NCBI RefSeq assembly: GCF_000179635.2
Contig: NC_014833.1
Location: 210,001 to 242,000 of the forward strand
DNA: 32,000 nt
Reading direction: 5' to 3'
Source: Ruminococcus albus 7 = DSM 20455
Lineage (GTDB): Bacteria > Bacillota > Clostridia > Oscillospirales > Ruminococcaceae
A program made the translations under genes and the position numbers. The notes below the pieces were generated by a model. The model was not told where the DNA came from and ran no database searches. It saw nothing but the letters and a program-made list of their open reading frames with translations. Shown in pieces: positions 1 to 14,541 of this stretch. Within the stretch, counting starts at the first letter, position 1. The number at the start of each line of letters is the position of its first letter.

Positions 1-9
1 GGTAAAAGT

Positions 10-540
10 ATGAATATATGGCATGATATATCACCCAAGGCGATATCAAAGACAAAGTTCACAGCTGTTGTTGAGATACCAAAGGGTTCAAAGGTAAAGT
101 ACGAACTTGACAAAGCGACCGGACTTCTGAAAATGGACAGGATACTGTATACATCCACCCATTATCCTGCTAATTACGGTTTTATCCCACGTACCTACGC
201 AGAGGACGGCGATCCCCTGGACGTGCTGGTACTGTGTTCTGAAACGCTCCAGCCCCTTTCACTGGTGGAATGCTATCCGATCGGCATGATAATGATGATG
301 GATAACGGTGCGGCGGACGAGAAGATAATCTGCATACCCTTCAATGACCCGACTTACAATGTATACAAGGATATAAGCGAACTTCCGAACCATATATTTG
401 ATGAAATGAAGCATTTCTTCACGGTATATAAGGCACTGGAAAACAAAGATACCGTCATAGACGATGTCAAGAACGTTGATGAAGCAGTGAAGACCATTGA
501 TAGCTGCATTGACAGATATATCGAGTGTTTTTGCAAGTGA
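10..540 (+). CDS. ppa: Inorganic pyrophosphatase, family I
   Basis: 176-aa ORF with the typical family I PPase length. It contains YPANYGFIP and [10 protein letters not shown] acidic metal-binding motifs and the EIPKGS..KYE N-terminal signature. Confidence 0.94.
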   Translation: MNIWHDISPKAISKTKFTAVVEIPKGSKVKYELDKATGLLKMDRILYTSTHYPANYGFIPRTYAEDGDPLDVLVLCSETLQPLSLVECYPIGMIMMMDNGAADEKIICIPFNDPTYNVYKDISELPNHIFDEMKHFFTVYKALENKDTVIDDVKNVDEAVKTIDSCIDRYIECFCK

Positions 541-565
541 CATATAGCGGAAGGAGCGAGTGCGT

Positions 566-1084
566 ATGTCTTTTTTAGGAAAACTGTTCGGCAAAAAGGA
601 AAATCCGGAACCGCAGCCGAAACTCAGAGAAGGCGAGATAGCTACCCCATGGGGACCGTTTATGTACCTGGGAATAAAGTATAACTCGTTTGAATACGAA
701 GGCATGGTAGATTGGTATGATGATGCTGATGAACAGTGTGATGTTTCGATAGAAACAAATGCTGTCGGTTCGGACGATATGAGCGAGGGCTTTGAAAGAT
801 TCGCCCAGCTGATGAATAACAGGGCAGAAATGGACTACAAGGTAAAGATGGCTGCACTGGATAAACTGGCGGACAGCGAGGGCATGATAATGAGCGAAAG
901 CGAACATATGCTGATGTCAAAGACACTGTTCCCTGAAAAGATGGTCATTGAATGCATATCGGTTATGCGTGACGGTTGTACGCACTTTACCATGTGGGAT
1001 ACCGATATATACGATATCTACAATATTACTGTGATCTATACAGATAAGGGAACCTTTGAGGTCGAAATAGATAATCTCAGATAA
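566..1084 (+). CDS. Hypothetical protein, possibly DUF2262-like
   Basis: The ORF track starts at GTG 560, but ATG 566 lies 9 nt after AAGGAG (551-556) and is the better start. I recognise no catalytic motifs. The overall pattern (W..D...V.I... / ...LA... / C-terminal beta-rich I.V...G.FEVEID) resembles DUF2262 proteins from memory only. Confidence 0.6.
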   Translation: MSFLGKLFGKKENPEPQPKLREGEIATPWGPFMYLGIKYNSFEYEGMVDWYDDADEQCDVSIETNAVGSDDMSEGFERFAQLMNNRAEMDYKVKMAALDKLADSEGMIMSESEHMLMSKTLFPEKMVIECISVMRDGCTHFTMWDTDIYDIYNITVIYTDKGTFEVEIDNLR

Positions 1085-1196
1085 TAACGAAATAAAAAGG
1101 CTGCGTTATAGGACTATGCTGATATAGAAGCATTGCGCCATCGTTGTGCTATAATTGCTGCTAAGAGAAATCAGGCTTTGACAGAGAAAAAGTGAT

Positions 1197-1844
1197 ATGA
1201 AAAATATTGTTTCAGAGTGGTATGAAGAAAAAAAGAATGTTGATGAAATGCGGAATTGGAATTTGGCACTAAAAGAATGGGAACAGTCGGTTATCAGTTA
1301 TTTTCCTCCGGGTGCCAGAATATTGGATATTGGTTGTGGCTTAGGACGGGAAGCATTTGCATTATCCGATCTGGGATATGATGTGGTCGGAATTGACATT
1401 TCAAAAGAAGTCATATCACAGGTCAAACAGCTGTCTGCCGAAAAAGGATATCATATTTCATTTCAGGAATATGACGGGGAACATCTGAATTTCCCTGCAG
1501 GATCATTCGATGTCATAATTATTTGGGCACAAACATTTGGATTGTTATATGGAAACGAATTCAGGAAGAACTATTTGTCAGGATGTAAAAAAGTCCTTAA
1601 AAAAGGTGGACTATGCAGTTTTTCAACGCATGATCACAGGTTTCTGACGGAGCATTATCCAAATTGTCTGGACGGTCACAGGTTCTATCCTTTTGCCGAT
1701 TCCGAAATATACTGGGAGACATTTGAAGTGGATGATCTGATACAGTTTGCAGAGCAGGCGGGCTTTGATGTTATCCTTTGTGAAAAAGGAAACATTTATA
1801 AGCCGGAAGACGGAACAATCCTGCATTGTCTATGCAGAAAATAG
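1197..1844 (+). CDS. Class I SAM-dependent methyltransferase
   Basis: Motif I ILDIGCGLGRE is followed by an acidic motif II (VVGIDIS) and motif III-like VLKKGG. An extended -10 (TGcTATAAT, about 1147-1155) lies upstream. Confidence 0.85.
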   Translation: MKNIVSEWYEEKKNVDEMRNWNLALKEWEQSVISYFPPGARILDIGCGLGREAFALSDLGYDVVGIDISKEVISQVKQLSAEKGYHISFQEYDGEHLNFPAGSFDVIIIWAQTFGLLYGNEFRKNYLSGCKKVLKKGGLCSFSTHDHRFLTEHYPNCLDGHRFYPFADSEIYWETFEVDDLIQFAEQAGFDVILCEKGNIYKPEDGTILHCLCRK

Positions 1845-1885
1845 ATCCGGCAGATTCTGATTTATCCAAGCAGCAGGTAATACAA

Positions 1886-1917
1886 TGCCCCTGAGCACTC
1901 TGAAGCGTTCAGGGGCA
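1886..1917. repeat. GC-rich hairpin, copy 1 of a repeated element, between convergent genes
   Basis: TGCCCCTGAGC-N-GCGTTCAGGGGCA forms a roughly 11-bp stem with one G.U pair. It sits between the methyltransferase stop (1844) and the lacZ stop (1972). A near-identical copy lies at 26013-26044. Confidence 0.55.
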
Positions 1918-1971
1918 TAACTTCTATATGGGTAGCTGTCTATAAGGGCAGCCTTTTTGTTTTATATAGTA

Positions 1972-8048
<6,077 letters not shown>

Positions 8049-8124
8049 TGCATATCACCTCTGTGAAATTCAAAATTGTGACTCTTTGTGAATTGCTACA
8101 TATTCCTAGAAGTCTATTTACTTT

Positions 8125-8153
8125 ATTATAACAGATTTTACAATATAAGTCAA
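8125..8153 (-). promoter_or_regulatory. Sigma-A type promoter for the GGDEF/EAL gene
   Basis: On the minus strand: TTGACT, 17-nt spacer, TATAAT, about 75 nt upstream of the start codon. Confidence 0.6.
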
Positions 8154-8275
8154 TGATTTTACGAAAGTTAATTAATATAACTTAATTGAATACAAATTAA
8201 AAAAATAGTCGTAAACGGCGGATCAGCGAAGAAATATGACACTATAAAAAATTAGTAAAATTTACATAAAAATAA

Positions 8276-8304
8276 TTGACTTTTGTGTGAGATAGTGCTA
8301 TAAT
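8276..8304 (+). promoter_or_regulatory. Sigma-A type promoter of the queuosine-precursor operon
   Basis: TTGACT (8276-8281), 17-nt spacer, TATAAT (8299-8304). Confidence 0.7.
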
Positions 8305-8310
8305 ATATTG

Positions 8311-8457
8311 CGACAGTTCGATTGCGCCATCCTGTCATATGCCGGATCAAACGGCATAAAAACAAAACCAGGGCACATAACGGTATAAGGCTTGGGTCGT
8401 ATTCCCATGCCGATACTCTGTGCGCCTGCATTATTTGCGGACGCATTATTTTTTTGG
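8311..8457 (+). promoter_or_regulatory. Structured 5' leader, candidate preQ1-responsive transcription-attenuating riboswitch
   Basis: A roughly 160-nt leader lies between the promoter and queD. Hairpin 1 is GACAG-UUCGAUUGCGCCAUC-CUGUC (8312-8336). Hairpin 2 is UGCCG-GAUCAAA-CGGCA (8340-8356), followed by the A-rich tail AUAAAAACAAAAC (8356-8368). CAGGGCACA (8369-8377) can pair with UGUGCGCCUG (8419-8428), which overlaps the 5' arm of the terminator and so acts as an antiterminator. Gene context fits, since preQ1 synthesis genes are classic preQ1 riboswitch targets. I cannot assign a riboswitch class by eye. Confidence 0.5.
8421..8455 (+). terminator. Intrinsic terminator (attenuator) immediately upstream of the queD ribosome-binding site
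   Basis: TGCGCCTGCA-TTATT-TGCGGACGCA forms a 10-position stem with one mismatch and one G.U pair. It is followed by TTATTTTTTT, then GGAGG (8456-8460) and ATG 8467. Confidence 0.65.
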
Positions 8458-8466
8458 AGGTTTAAA

Positions 8467-8889
8467 ATGTATAAACTTAGAACCGAAGCACATTTCGACA
8501 GCGCACATTTTCTGGCTGGATATAATGGAAAATGTGCTAATATACACGGTCACTGCTGGAAACTGGAGGTAGAGATATCAGGCTGTGATCTTCAGCAGGA
8601 TCGTGAAAAGAGAGGTATGCTGATAGATTTCGGTGATCTGAAAAAGGCTGTACGTGCAGCGGCAGATTCATTTGACCACACACTGATATATGAAAAAGGA
8701 AGCCTTAAAGCCACAACTCTGGCAGCATTAAATGACGAGGGCTTTTCCCTTACCGAGGTTGACTTCCGTCCGACTGCTGAGAATTTTTCAAAGCATTTTT
8801 ATACTATGCTTTCAGGACAGGGACTTCCCGTCAGCAGGGTGACGGTATATGAGACCGCTGAAAACTGCGCTTATTATGAGGGCGAATGA
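8467..8889 (+). CDS. queD: 6-carboxy-5,6,7,8-tetrahydropterin synthase
   Basis: 140-aa PTPS-family protein. It has FDSAHFL, CANIHGHCW and the C-terminal VYETAENCAYY pattern typical of QueD. I chose ATG 8467 (SD GGAGG 6 nt upstream) over the track's 8392 start. Confidence 0.92.
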   Translation: MYKLRTEAHFDSAHFLAGYNGKCANIHGHCWKLEVEISGCDLQQDREKRGMLIDFGDLKKAVRAAADSFDHTLIYEKGSLKATTLAALNDEGFSLTEVDFRPTAENFSKHFYTMLSGQGLPVSRVTVYETAENCAYYEGE

Positions 8890-8890
8890 T

Positions 8891-9565
8891 ATGGGGACAC
8901 TGAAGCTTGCCGAAAACTTCGTAAGTATAAACGGAGAGGGCAGATATGCAGGAGAGCTGGCGCTGTTCATGAGATTTGCAGGATGCAATCTGCAATGTGA
9001 CTGGTGTGATACAAAGTGGGCTAACGGGGCTGATGCTCCGTTTACCGAAAAAACAGCAGTACAGCTTGCAGAGATCGCAGAGGATGCAGCAGACGGATAC
9101 GGTCTGCACCGCGTCACCCTCACGGGCGGGGAGCCGCTTTTACAGAAGGATATAGCAGAACTGATAAATGCACTGAATGATCGCGGTCTGGATGTTGAGA
9201 TAGAAACAAACGGCTCGGTACCAATAGCACCTGTGGCTGAGATCTGCAGGGTGCGGCCTGTTTTTACTATGGATTACAAGCTGCCTTCCAGCGGTATGGA
9301 AAGCCGTATGTGTATTGAAAATCTTTCACAGCTTAAAGAGAGCGATACACTGAAATTTGTGTGCGCATCAAAGGAAGATCTGAAACGTGCAGTATGGGTC
9401 CTTGATACGTACGAGCCTGTCTGTATGGTATATCTCAGCCCTGTTTTCGGGCGGATAGAACCTAAGGATATGGTTGAGTTCATGAAAGAGAAGAAACTTG
9501 GCAAGGTGCGTCTGCAATTGCAGCTGCACAAGTTTATATGGGATCCGAATGAGAAAGGGGTTTGA
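8891..9565 (+). CDS. queE: 7-carboxy-7-deazaguanine synthase (radical SAM)
   Basis: It carries the radical-SAM cluster motif CNLQCDWCDT (CX3CX2C) and the SINGEG N-terminal motif. Start ATG 8891 follows GAGGG and lies 1 nt after the queD stop. Confidence 0.92.
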   Translation: MGTLKLAENFVSINGEGRYAGELALFMRFAGCNLQCDWCDTKWANGADAPFTEKTAVQLAEIAEDAADGYGLHRVTLTGGEPLLQKDIAELINALNDRGLDVEIETNGSVPIAPVAEICRVRPVFTMDYKLPSSGMESRMCIENLSQLKESDTLKFVCASKEDLKRAVWVLDTYEPVCMVYLSPVFGRIEPKDMVEFMKEKKLGKVRLQLQLHKFIWDPNEKGV

Positions 9566-9568
9566 AAT

Positions 9569-10129
9569 ATGGATAAGGAAAAAATAAAGTTCCACATAAA
9601 AGGCTTGCTTGAAGCCATCGGTGAAGACCCTGAGAGAGAGGGACTTAAAGATACTCCCACGCGTGTGGCTAATATGCTGGCGGAAGTTCTTGAGGGCACC
9701 GCATACACGAACCACGATATAGCCGAGATGTTCGGCAAGACCTTTACTTCCGAGGATATCGGGGCGGAAGAAGCTATCGTAATGAAGGATATAACTGTCT
9801 TCAGTTACTGCGAGCATCACATGGCACTGATGTATGATATGACAGTTAACGTAGCGTATATACCCAATGGCAAAGTTCTTGGGCTGAGCAAGATAGCACG
9901 TATCTGCGAGATGGCAGGAAAGCGTCTGCAGCTGCAGGAAAAGCTGGGAAGGGACATAGCGGAGATAATTTCGGAGGCAGCAGGAACTTCCGATGTTGGT
10001 GTTAAGATATCGGGCTGCCACAGCTGCATGACGGCAAGGGGCATAAAGAACAGTTCCTCACACACCGAAACACGCACATATCTCGGCAAATTCAGAACAG
10101 ACAGCGATCTGAAAAAATTACTTGATTGA
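9569..10129 (+). CDS. folE: GTP cyclohydrolase I
   Basis: It contains EDPEREGL.DTP.RV, the CEHHM zinc/active-site motif, and GLSKIARI. Length is 186 aa. Confidence 0.93.
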   Translation: MDKEKIKFHIKGLLEAIGEDPEREGLKDTPTRVANMLAEVLEGTAYTNHDIAEMFGKTFTSEDIGAEEAIVMKDITVFSYCEHHMALMYDMTVNVAYIPNGKVLGLSKIARICEMAGKRLQLQEKLGRDIAEIISEAAGTSDVGVKISGCHSCMTARGIKNSSSHTETRTYLGKFRTDSDLKKLLD

Positions 10130-10137
10130 GGTGCAGC

Positions 10138-10824
10138 ATGAAAGCATTGGTATTATTCAGCGGCGGTCTTGACAGTGCGACCTGTCTGGCGCTTGCTATA
10201 AAAAAACACGGTAAAGAGAACGTTACTGCACTGTCGGTATTTTACGGACAGAAACACGATAAGGAGATACAGGCTGCAAAAAATGTGGCGGAATATTATG
10301 GTGTAACACTTAAAACGCTTGACCTGGCATTGATATTTGCGGATTCGGATTGTTCACTGCTTTCAAATTCCGATAAGGATATACCTCACGAAAGCTATGC
10401 TGAGCAGCTTTCGCATACTGACGGAAAGCCTGTATCCACTTACGTTCCTTTCCGCAACGGACTTTTTCTGGCTTCTGCGGCAAGCATAGCTATATCCCTT
10501 GACTGCGGTGTGATATACTACGGTGCTCATGCTGATGATGCGGCAGGCAACGCTTATCCCGACTGTTCGCAGGCTTTCAATAATGCCATGAACAGCGCAA
10601 TAACTATCGGCAGCGGTGAGCAGGTACATATCGAAGCACCTTTTGTGGGTCTTACAAAGGCTGATGTAGTAAAAATGGGAACTGAGCTTGGAGTGCCTTA
10701 CGAACTTACATGGAGCTGCTATGAGGGCGGAGAAAAGCCCTGTGGAGTCTGCGGCACCTGCATCGACAGGACTGCGGCTTTTGAGGCAAACGGGCTTACA
10801 GACCCTCTGCTGAAAGGAGAATGA
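10138..10824 (+). CDS. queC: 7-cyano-7-deazaguanine (preQ0) synthase
   Basis: It has the PP-loop SGGLDS and the C-terminal zinc-cysteine cluster [10 protein letters not shown]. Start ATG 10138 follows GAGGTG. Confidence 0.93.
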   Translation: MKALVLFSGGLDSATCLALAIKKHGKENVTALSVFYGQKHDKEIQAAKNVAEYYGVTLKTLDLALIFADSDCSLLSNSDKDIPHESYAEQLSHTDGKPVSTYVPFRNGLFLASAASIAISLDCGVIYYGAHADDAAGNAYPDCSQAFNNAMNSAITIGSGEQVHIEAPFVGLTKADVVKMGTELGVPYELTWSCYEGGEKPCGVCGTCIDRTAAFEANGLTDPLLKGE

Positions 10825-10826
10825 AT

Positions 10827-11324
10827 ATGACAGGCAGAACAGAAAACGAAAGAGGAAGCATATCCCTGCTTGGGAATAACAACACAAAGTACAGCGCAGA
10901 CTACGCTCCCGAGGTGCTGGAAACATTTCCGAACAAGCACCCCGACCGTGATTATTTTGTAAAGTTCAACTGTCCCGAATTCACAAGCCTTTGTCCGATC
11001 ACAGGACAGCCTGATTTCGCGACGATATATATATCATACATCCCGGCCGAGAGAATGGTTGAGAGCAAATCGCTGAAGCTGTATCTGTTCAGCTTCCGCA
11101 ATCACGGTGATTTCCATGAGGACTGCGTGAACATCATCATGAACGACCTTATAAAGCTGATGGAACCCAAGTACATCGAGGTATGGGGAAAATTCCTGCC
11201 GCGCGGCGGCATATCCATTGATCCTTACTGCAACTATGGCATTAAGGGCACAAAGTGGGAGGAACTGGCATGGCAGCGTCTGGCACAGCATGATATGTAT
11301 CCCGAGGACGTAAACAACAGGTAA
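10827..11324 (+). CDS. queF: NADPH-dependent 7-cyano-7-deazaguanine reductase (type I)
   Basis: It has the catalytic Cys context [12 protein letters not shown] and the QueF motif [16 protein letters not shown]. Length is about 165 aa. The second ATG (10827) has better spacing from AAGGAGA. Confidence 0.93.
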   Translation: MTGRTENERGSISLLGNNNTKYSADYAPEVLETFPNKHPDRDYFVKFNCPEFTSLCPITGQPDFATIYISYIPAERMVESKSLKLYLFSFRNHGDFHEDCVNIIMNDLIKLMEPKYIEVWGKFLPRGGISIDPYCNYGIKGTKWEELAWQRLAQHDMYPEDVNNR

Positions 11325-11351
11325 CTCGCAGTTATACTGATGCGAATAAAT

Positions 11352-11385
11352 ACAGCCGCATCCATGAGTATGCGGCTGTTTGCGT
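11352..11385 (+). terminator. Intrinsic terminator of the que operon
   Basis: ACAGCCGCAT-(8 nt)-ATGCGGCTGT forms a 10-bp stem followed by TTGCGTTTG. Confidence 0.65.
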
Positions 11386-11398
11386 TTGCATACAAAAA

Positions 11399-11430
11399 GA
11401 TCCCCGCCCGGAAATTTCCGGACGGGGATC
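11399..11430 (-). terminator. GC-rich hairpin with a U-tract on the minus strand
   Basis: GATCCCCG(C)CCGGA-AATT-TCCGG(A)CGGGGATC. On the minus strand it is followed by TTTTTG. It would terminate the 11630-12133 transcript about 200 nt after its stop codon. Confidence 0.5.
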
Positions 11431-11629
11431 GCCGTTTATGACCGTGCTTCTGCGGCGGAAGCTTTTCTGACGTTCACCATTTGTAAAAAATAAAATCAGA
11501 GCAAACATTGTACCTTACAAATAACGGATAACAAGATCAATAACCAATAAACTATACCATGTACCTGATCTATGTACTATTAAAAGAATAAATCTTTTTC
11601 GGGAACGTCAGCGGAATAACGAGCCTTTA

Positions 11630-12133
11630 TCAGGGCTCGAATTCCATCGTTACTGTGCTGTTGACCAGGTCAAGAGCAGTCTGCAGTTTTGCAAGTGTAT
11701 TGCGTGCCTTTTCGTAATCTGCCTTTGCCTGTGCAGGGTCGTAGTTGGTGTAGGTGTAGTCGATGATGTTGTTGTAGTTGCTTGAAGTGCATCTGCGCTT
11801 CGGCAGTACGTTCCTCATGGCGAACAGCTTGGTTATACGTGCATTCAGCTGAGGTATGTACACCAGCACCTGATCTATTGTCATATCGAATCCCGGTACT
11901 TCGGTGGTGCAGTTGAATACATTCACAGTGTGTTTCAGCTTTCTTATTTTTCTGTCCAGCTCATCCAGCTGTGCCTGAGTAGATGTGTAGTCGTATTCGG
12001 GACGCAGTTCATCGGGATCTTCGCCCACGGCTGCGTTATACTCCTTGCCGTTACGCTCTGCTATGCAGAGATTGTTGTATTCATCGGTATAACCTCTCAG
12101 TATCTTAGCAGCTTCTGCAGATGTTATCTTCAT
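11630..12133 (-). CDS. Hypothetical protein, 167 aa, predicted helical or coiled-coil
   Basis: Start ATG 12133 is preceded by GGAGGAG 5 nt upstream; the track's longer 12190 start has no ribosome-binding site. I recognise no motif. The segment PEYDY...LDELD.KIRKLKH..NVFN...VPGFDMTIDQVLVYIPQL looks like a conserved family of unknown function. Confidence 0.75.
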   Translation of the reverse strand: MKITSAEAAKILRGYTDEYNNLCIAERNGKEYNAAVGEDPDELRPEYDYTSTQAQLDELDRKIRKLKHTVNVFNCTTEVPGFDMTIDQVLVYIPQLNARITKLFAMRNVLPKRRCTSSNYNNIIDYTYTNYDPAQAKADYEKARNTLAKLQTALDLVNSTVTMEFEP

Positions 12134-12241
12134 AATATCTCCTCCTCGTAAGTATTGTACTCTTGTTGTTTTCTGAACTAAGTATAACACATCAGCGATG
12201 ATTTTTCATATAAAAAAATCTGCGATGTCAGATCAGGCGGT

Positions 12242-12280
12242 ATAAAAAGGAACTGCTCTCCCTTGCGGAAAAGCAGTTCC
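12242..12280 (-). terminator. Second minus-strand terminator-like hairpin downstream of glnN
   Basis: GGAACTGCT-(14 nt)-AGCAGTTCC forms a 9-bp stem followed on the minus strand by TTTTTAT. Confidence 0.5.
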
Positions 12281-12324
12281 AAGCTATATAAGATGGGGTC
12301 ATCGTGTAATGCACAGGAATGATA

Positions 12325-12362
12325 TCAAAAAGAGTGTACAAGGTTATCAGCCTTGTACACTC
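12325..12362 (-). terminator. Intrinsic terminator of glnN
   Basis: GAGTGTACAAGG-(7 nt)-CCTTGTACACTC forms a perfect 12-bp stem followed on the minus strand by TTTTTGATATC. It lies 25 nt after the glnN stop. Confidence 0.78.
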
Positions 12363-12386
12363 CGTCGTGCATAGCGTTATATGTGA

Positions 12387-14468
12387 TTATTTAACATAGA
12401 ACAGCAGCTGACCGTATGTAGGATAAGGCCAGTACTTTTCGCCTACAAGAGTTTCGATCTCGTCAGCGGATGCTCTCAGCTCACCCATAGCTACGAATAC
12501 AGTATCGTGGTAGAAGTTAGCCAGAGCTTCAACATCGTCGATATCTCTTGCCTTGACCTCAGCTTCTTCCAGCGAAGCAAGTCTGCGGTAGGTCTGTGCA
12601 GCCAGTGAAGAAAGTCTCTTGACCATATCGTCCTCGAAGGAGGTGTCAGCACCGCATTCCTTAGCCAGCTGAGAAGTTTTAGCCAGTTCCTTGATATATG
12701 TAGCAACAGCGGGCAGGATATCCTTTTTAGCCATATCTATCATGGTCAGTGCCTCGATGTTGAGGGTCTTGCAGTACTCGTCCAGAAGTATCTCAACTCT
12801 GGATTTCAGCTCGGTCTCGCTGTAAACATTATACTTGGAGAACAGCTCAACATTCTTGGGTGCGAGGTATGTGGGTATAGCCTCTGGAGTGCTCTTCAGG
12901 TTCAGCAGACCTCTCTTTTCAGCTTCGGTTACCCAATCAGCGGAATAGCCGTCGCCATTGAAGATGATGTTCTTGCTTTCCTTGATAGTGTTCTTGATGA
13001 GGTCATCCAGCGCATCCTGGAAGTTATCAGCCTTTTCAAGCACATCTGCGAAATCGTCCAGTACCTTTGCAACTATGGTGTTGAGCACTGTGTTGGGACC
13101 TGCACAGGAAAGTTTTGAACCGGGGCTTCTGAACTCAAACTTATTGCCTGTGAAAGCAAAAGGAGAAGTTCTGTTTCTGTCGGTAGTATCCTTAGCGAAG
13201 TGAGGCAGTACGTCAACACCGATCTCCATCTCAACGTGTTTGCCTTCATACTTGTAACCGTTAACGATAGCGTCAAGTACACCTGTCAGTTCATCGCCCA
13301 GGAATATGGAGATGATAGCGGGAGGTGCTTCGTTAGCGCCCAGTCTGTGATCGTTGCCTGCAGTAGCAACACAAGCCCTCAGAACATCCTGATAATCATA
13401 TACAGCCTTGATGACAGCTGTGAGGAACAGCAGGAACTGTGCGTTCTCGGCAGGGGTCTTGCCGGGTTCGAGGAGGTTAATGCCTGTATTTGTGGAAAGC
13501 GACCAGTTGTTGTGCTTGCCCGAACCGTTGATGCCTGCAAAGGGCTTCTCGTGCAGGAGGCACTTGAAACCGTGCTTTCTTGCTGTACGCTTCATGATCT
13601 CCATTGTCAGCTGGTTGTGATCGGTAGCGATATTGGTAGTGCCGTAGATAGGTGCAAGCTCGTGCTGTGCGGGAGCGACCTCGTTGTGCTTGGTCTTTGC
13701 ATATATTCCAAGCTTCCAGAGCTGCTCATCAAGATCCTTCATGTAAGCGGCAACTCTTGTCTTGATAGTGCCGAAGTAGTGATCTTCAAGCTCCTGACCC
13801 TTAGGTGCGGGTGCGCCGAACAGTGTTCTTCCTGTGAAGATCATATCCTTTCTGTGAGAATACATCTCTCTGTCAACAAGGAAGTATTCCTGCTCGGGAC
13901 CTACGTTGGAGATAACTCTTGTTGCGTCTGAACCGAAGAGTTTCAGTACTCTCAGTGCAGACTTGTTGATAGCCTCCATAGATCTCAGCAGAGGAGTTTT
14001 CTTATCCAGTGCTTCACCGTTGTAAGAACAGAAAGCGGTGGGTATGCACAGGGTCTTTTCCTTTATAAAAGCATAGGAAGTAGGATCCCATGCGGTATAG
14101 CCTCTTGCCTCAAATGTTGCTCTCAGTCCGCCGGAGGGGAAAGAAGAAGCATCGGGTTCGCCCTTTACAAGCTCCTTGCCCGAGAATTCCATAATAACAT
14201 GACCGCCGTCTGCGGGCTGAATGAAGCTGTCCAGCTTTTCAGCTGTAAGACCTGTCATAGGCTGGAACCAGTGTGTGTAGTGTGTGCAGCCCTTTTCAAC
14301 TGCCCAGTCCTTCATTGCATTAGCCACGATGTTTGCCACATCGGGTGCAAGCGGATCGCCGTTGTCGATGGTCTTTTTCAGTGCCTTGTAGGTAGCCTTA
14401 GGCAGTCTTTCTCTCATTGCCGACTCGTTGAAAACATCTGAGCCGAATATTTCGGGTACGTTGGTCAT
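12387..14468 (-). CDS. glnN: Glutamine synthetase, type III
   Basis: The roughly 693-aa length and the N-terminus [26 protein letters not shown] are typical of GSIII. It also has the [10 protein letters not shown] active-site region and the conserved C-terminal [11 protein letters not shown]. Start ATG 14468 is preceded by GGAGGG 7 nt upstream. Confidence 0.93.
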   Translation of the reverse strand: MTNVPEIFGSDVFNESAMRERLPKATYKALKKTIDNGDPLAPDVANIVANAMKDWAVEKGCTHYTHWFQPMTGLTAEKLDSFIQPADGGHVIMEFSGKELVKGEPDASSFPSGGLRATFEARGYTAWDPTSYAFIKEKTLCIPTAFCSYNGEALDKKTPLLRSMEAINKSALRVLKLFGSDATRVISNVGPEQEYFLVDREMYSHRKDMIFTGRTLFGAPAPKGQELEDHYFGTIKTRVAAYMKDLDEQLWKLGIYAKTKHNEVAPAQHELAPIYGTTNIATDHNQLTMEIMKRTARKHGFKCLLHEKPFAGINGSGKHNNWSLSTNTGINLLEPGKTPAENAQFLLFLTAVIKAVYDYQDVLRACVATAGNDHRLGANEAPPAIISIFLGDELTGVLDAIVNGYKYEGKHVEMEIGVDVLPHFAKDTTDRNRTSPFAFTGNKFEFRSPGSKLSCAGPNTVLNTIVAKVLDDFADVLEKADNFQDALDDLIKNTIKESKNIIFNGDGYSADWVTEAEKRGLLNLKSTPEAIPTYLAPKNVELFSKYNVYSETELKSRVEILLDEYCKTLNIEALTMIDMAKKDILPAVATYIKELAKTSQLAKECGADTSFEDDMVKRLSSLAAQTYRRLASLEEAEVKARDIDDVEALANFYHDTVFVAMGELRASADEIETLVGEKYWPYPTYGQLLFYVK

Positions 14469-14492
14469 AATTATCCCTCCAAAAATATTAAA

Positions 14493-14522
14493 GGCGCTGC
14501 GGACTTTTTCGTCCACAGCGCC
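14493..14522 (-). promoter_or_regulatory. Leader hairpin between the glnN promoter and ribosome-binding site
   Basis: On the minus-strand RNA: GGCGCUGUGGAC-GAAAAA-GUCCGCAGCGCC, 12 bp including one G.U. The same position is a C-A mismatch on the plus strand, so the hairpin is better on the glnN strand. It is followed by CUUUAAUAUUUUUGGAGGG. Confidence 0.5.
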
Positions 14523-14541
14523 ATTGCTGTTTACGTGTATG

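Noticed and set aside
11337-11510. A 58-codon minus-strand ORF (MFALILFFTNGERQ...) in the intergenic region after queF.
   Set aside because: It has no SD, it reads straight through two terminator hairpins, and its composition is dictated by those palindromes.
11469-11612. A 9-bp inverted match, CTGACGTTC ... GAACGTCAG, with arms about 125 nt apart.
   Set aside because: It is short, has no supporting flanking similarity, and is plausible by chance in AT-rich intergenic sequence. I see no element boundaries.
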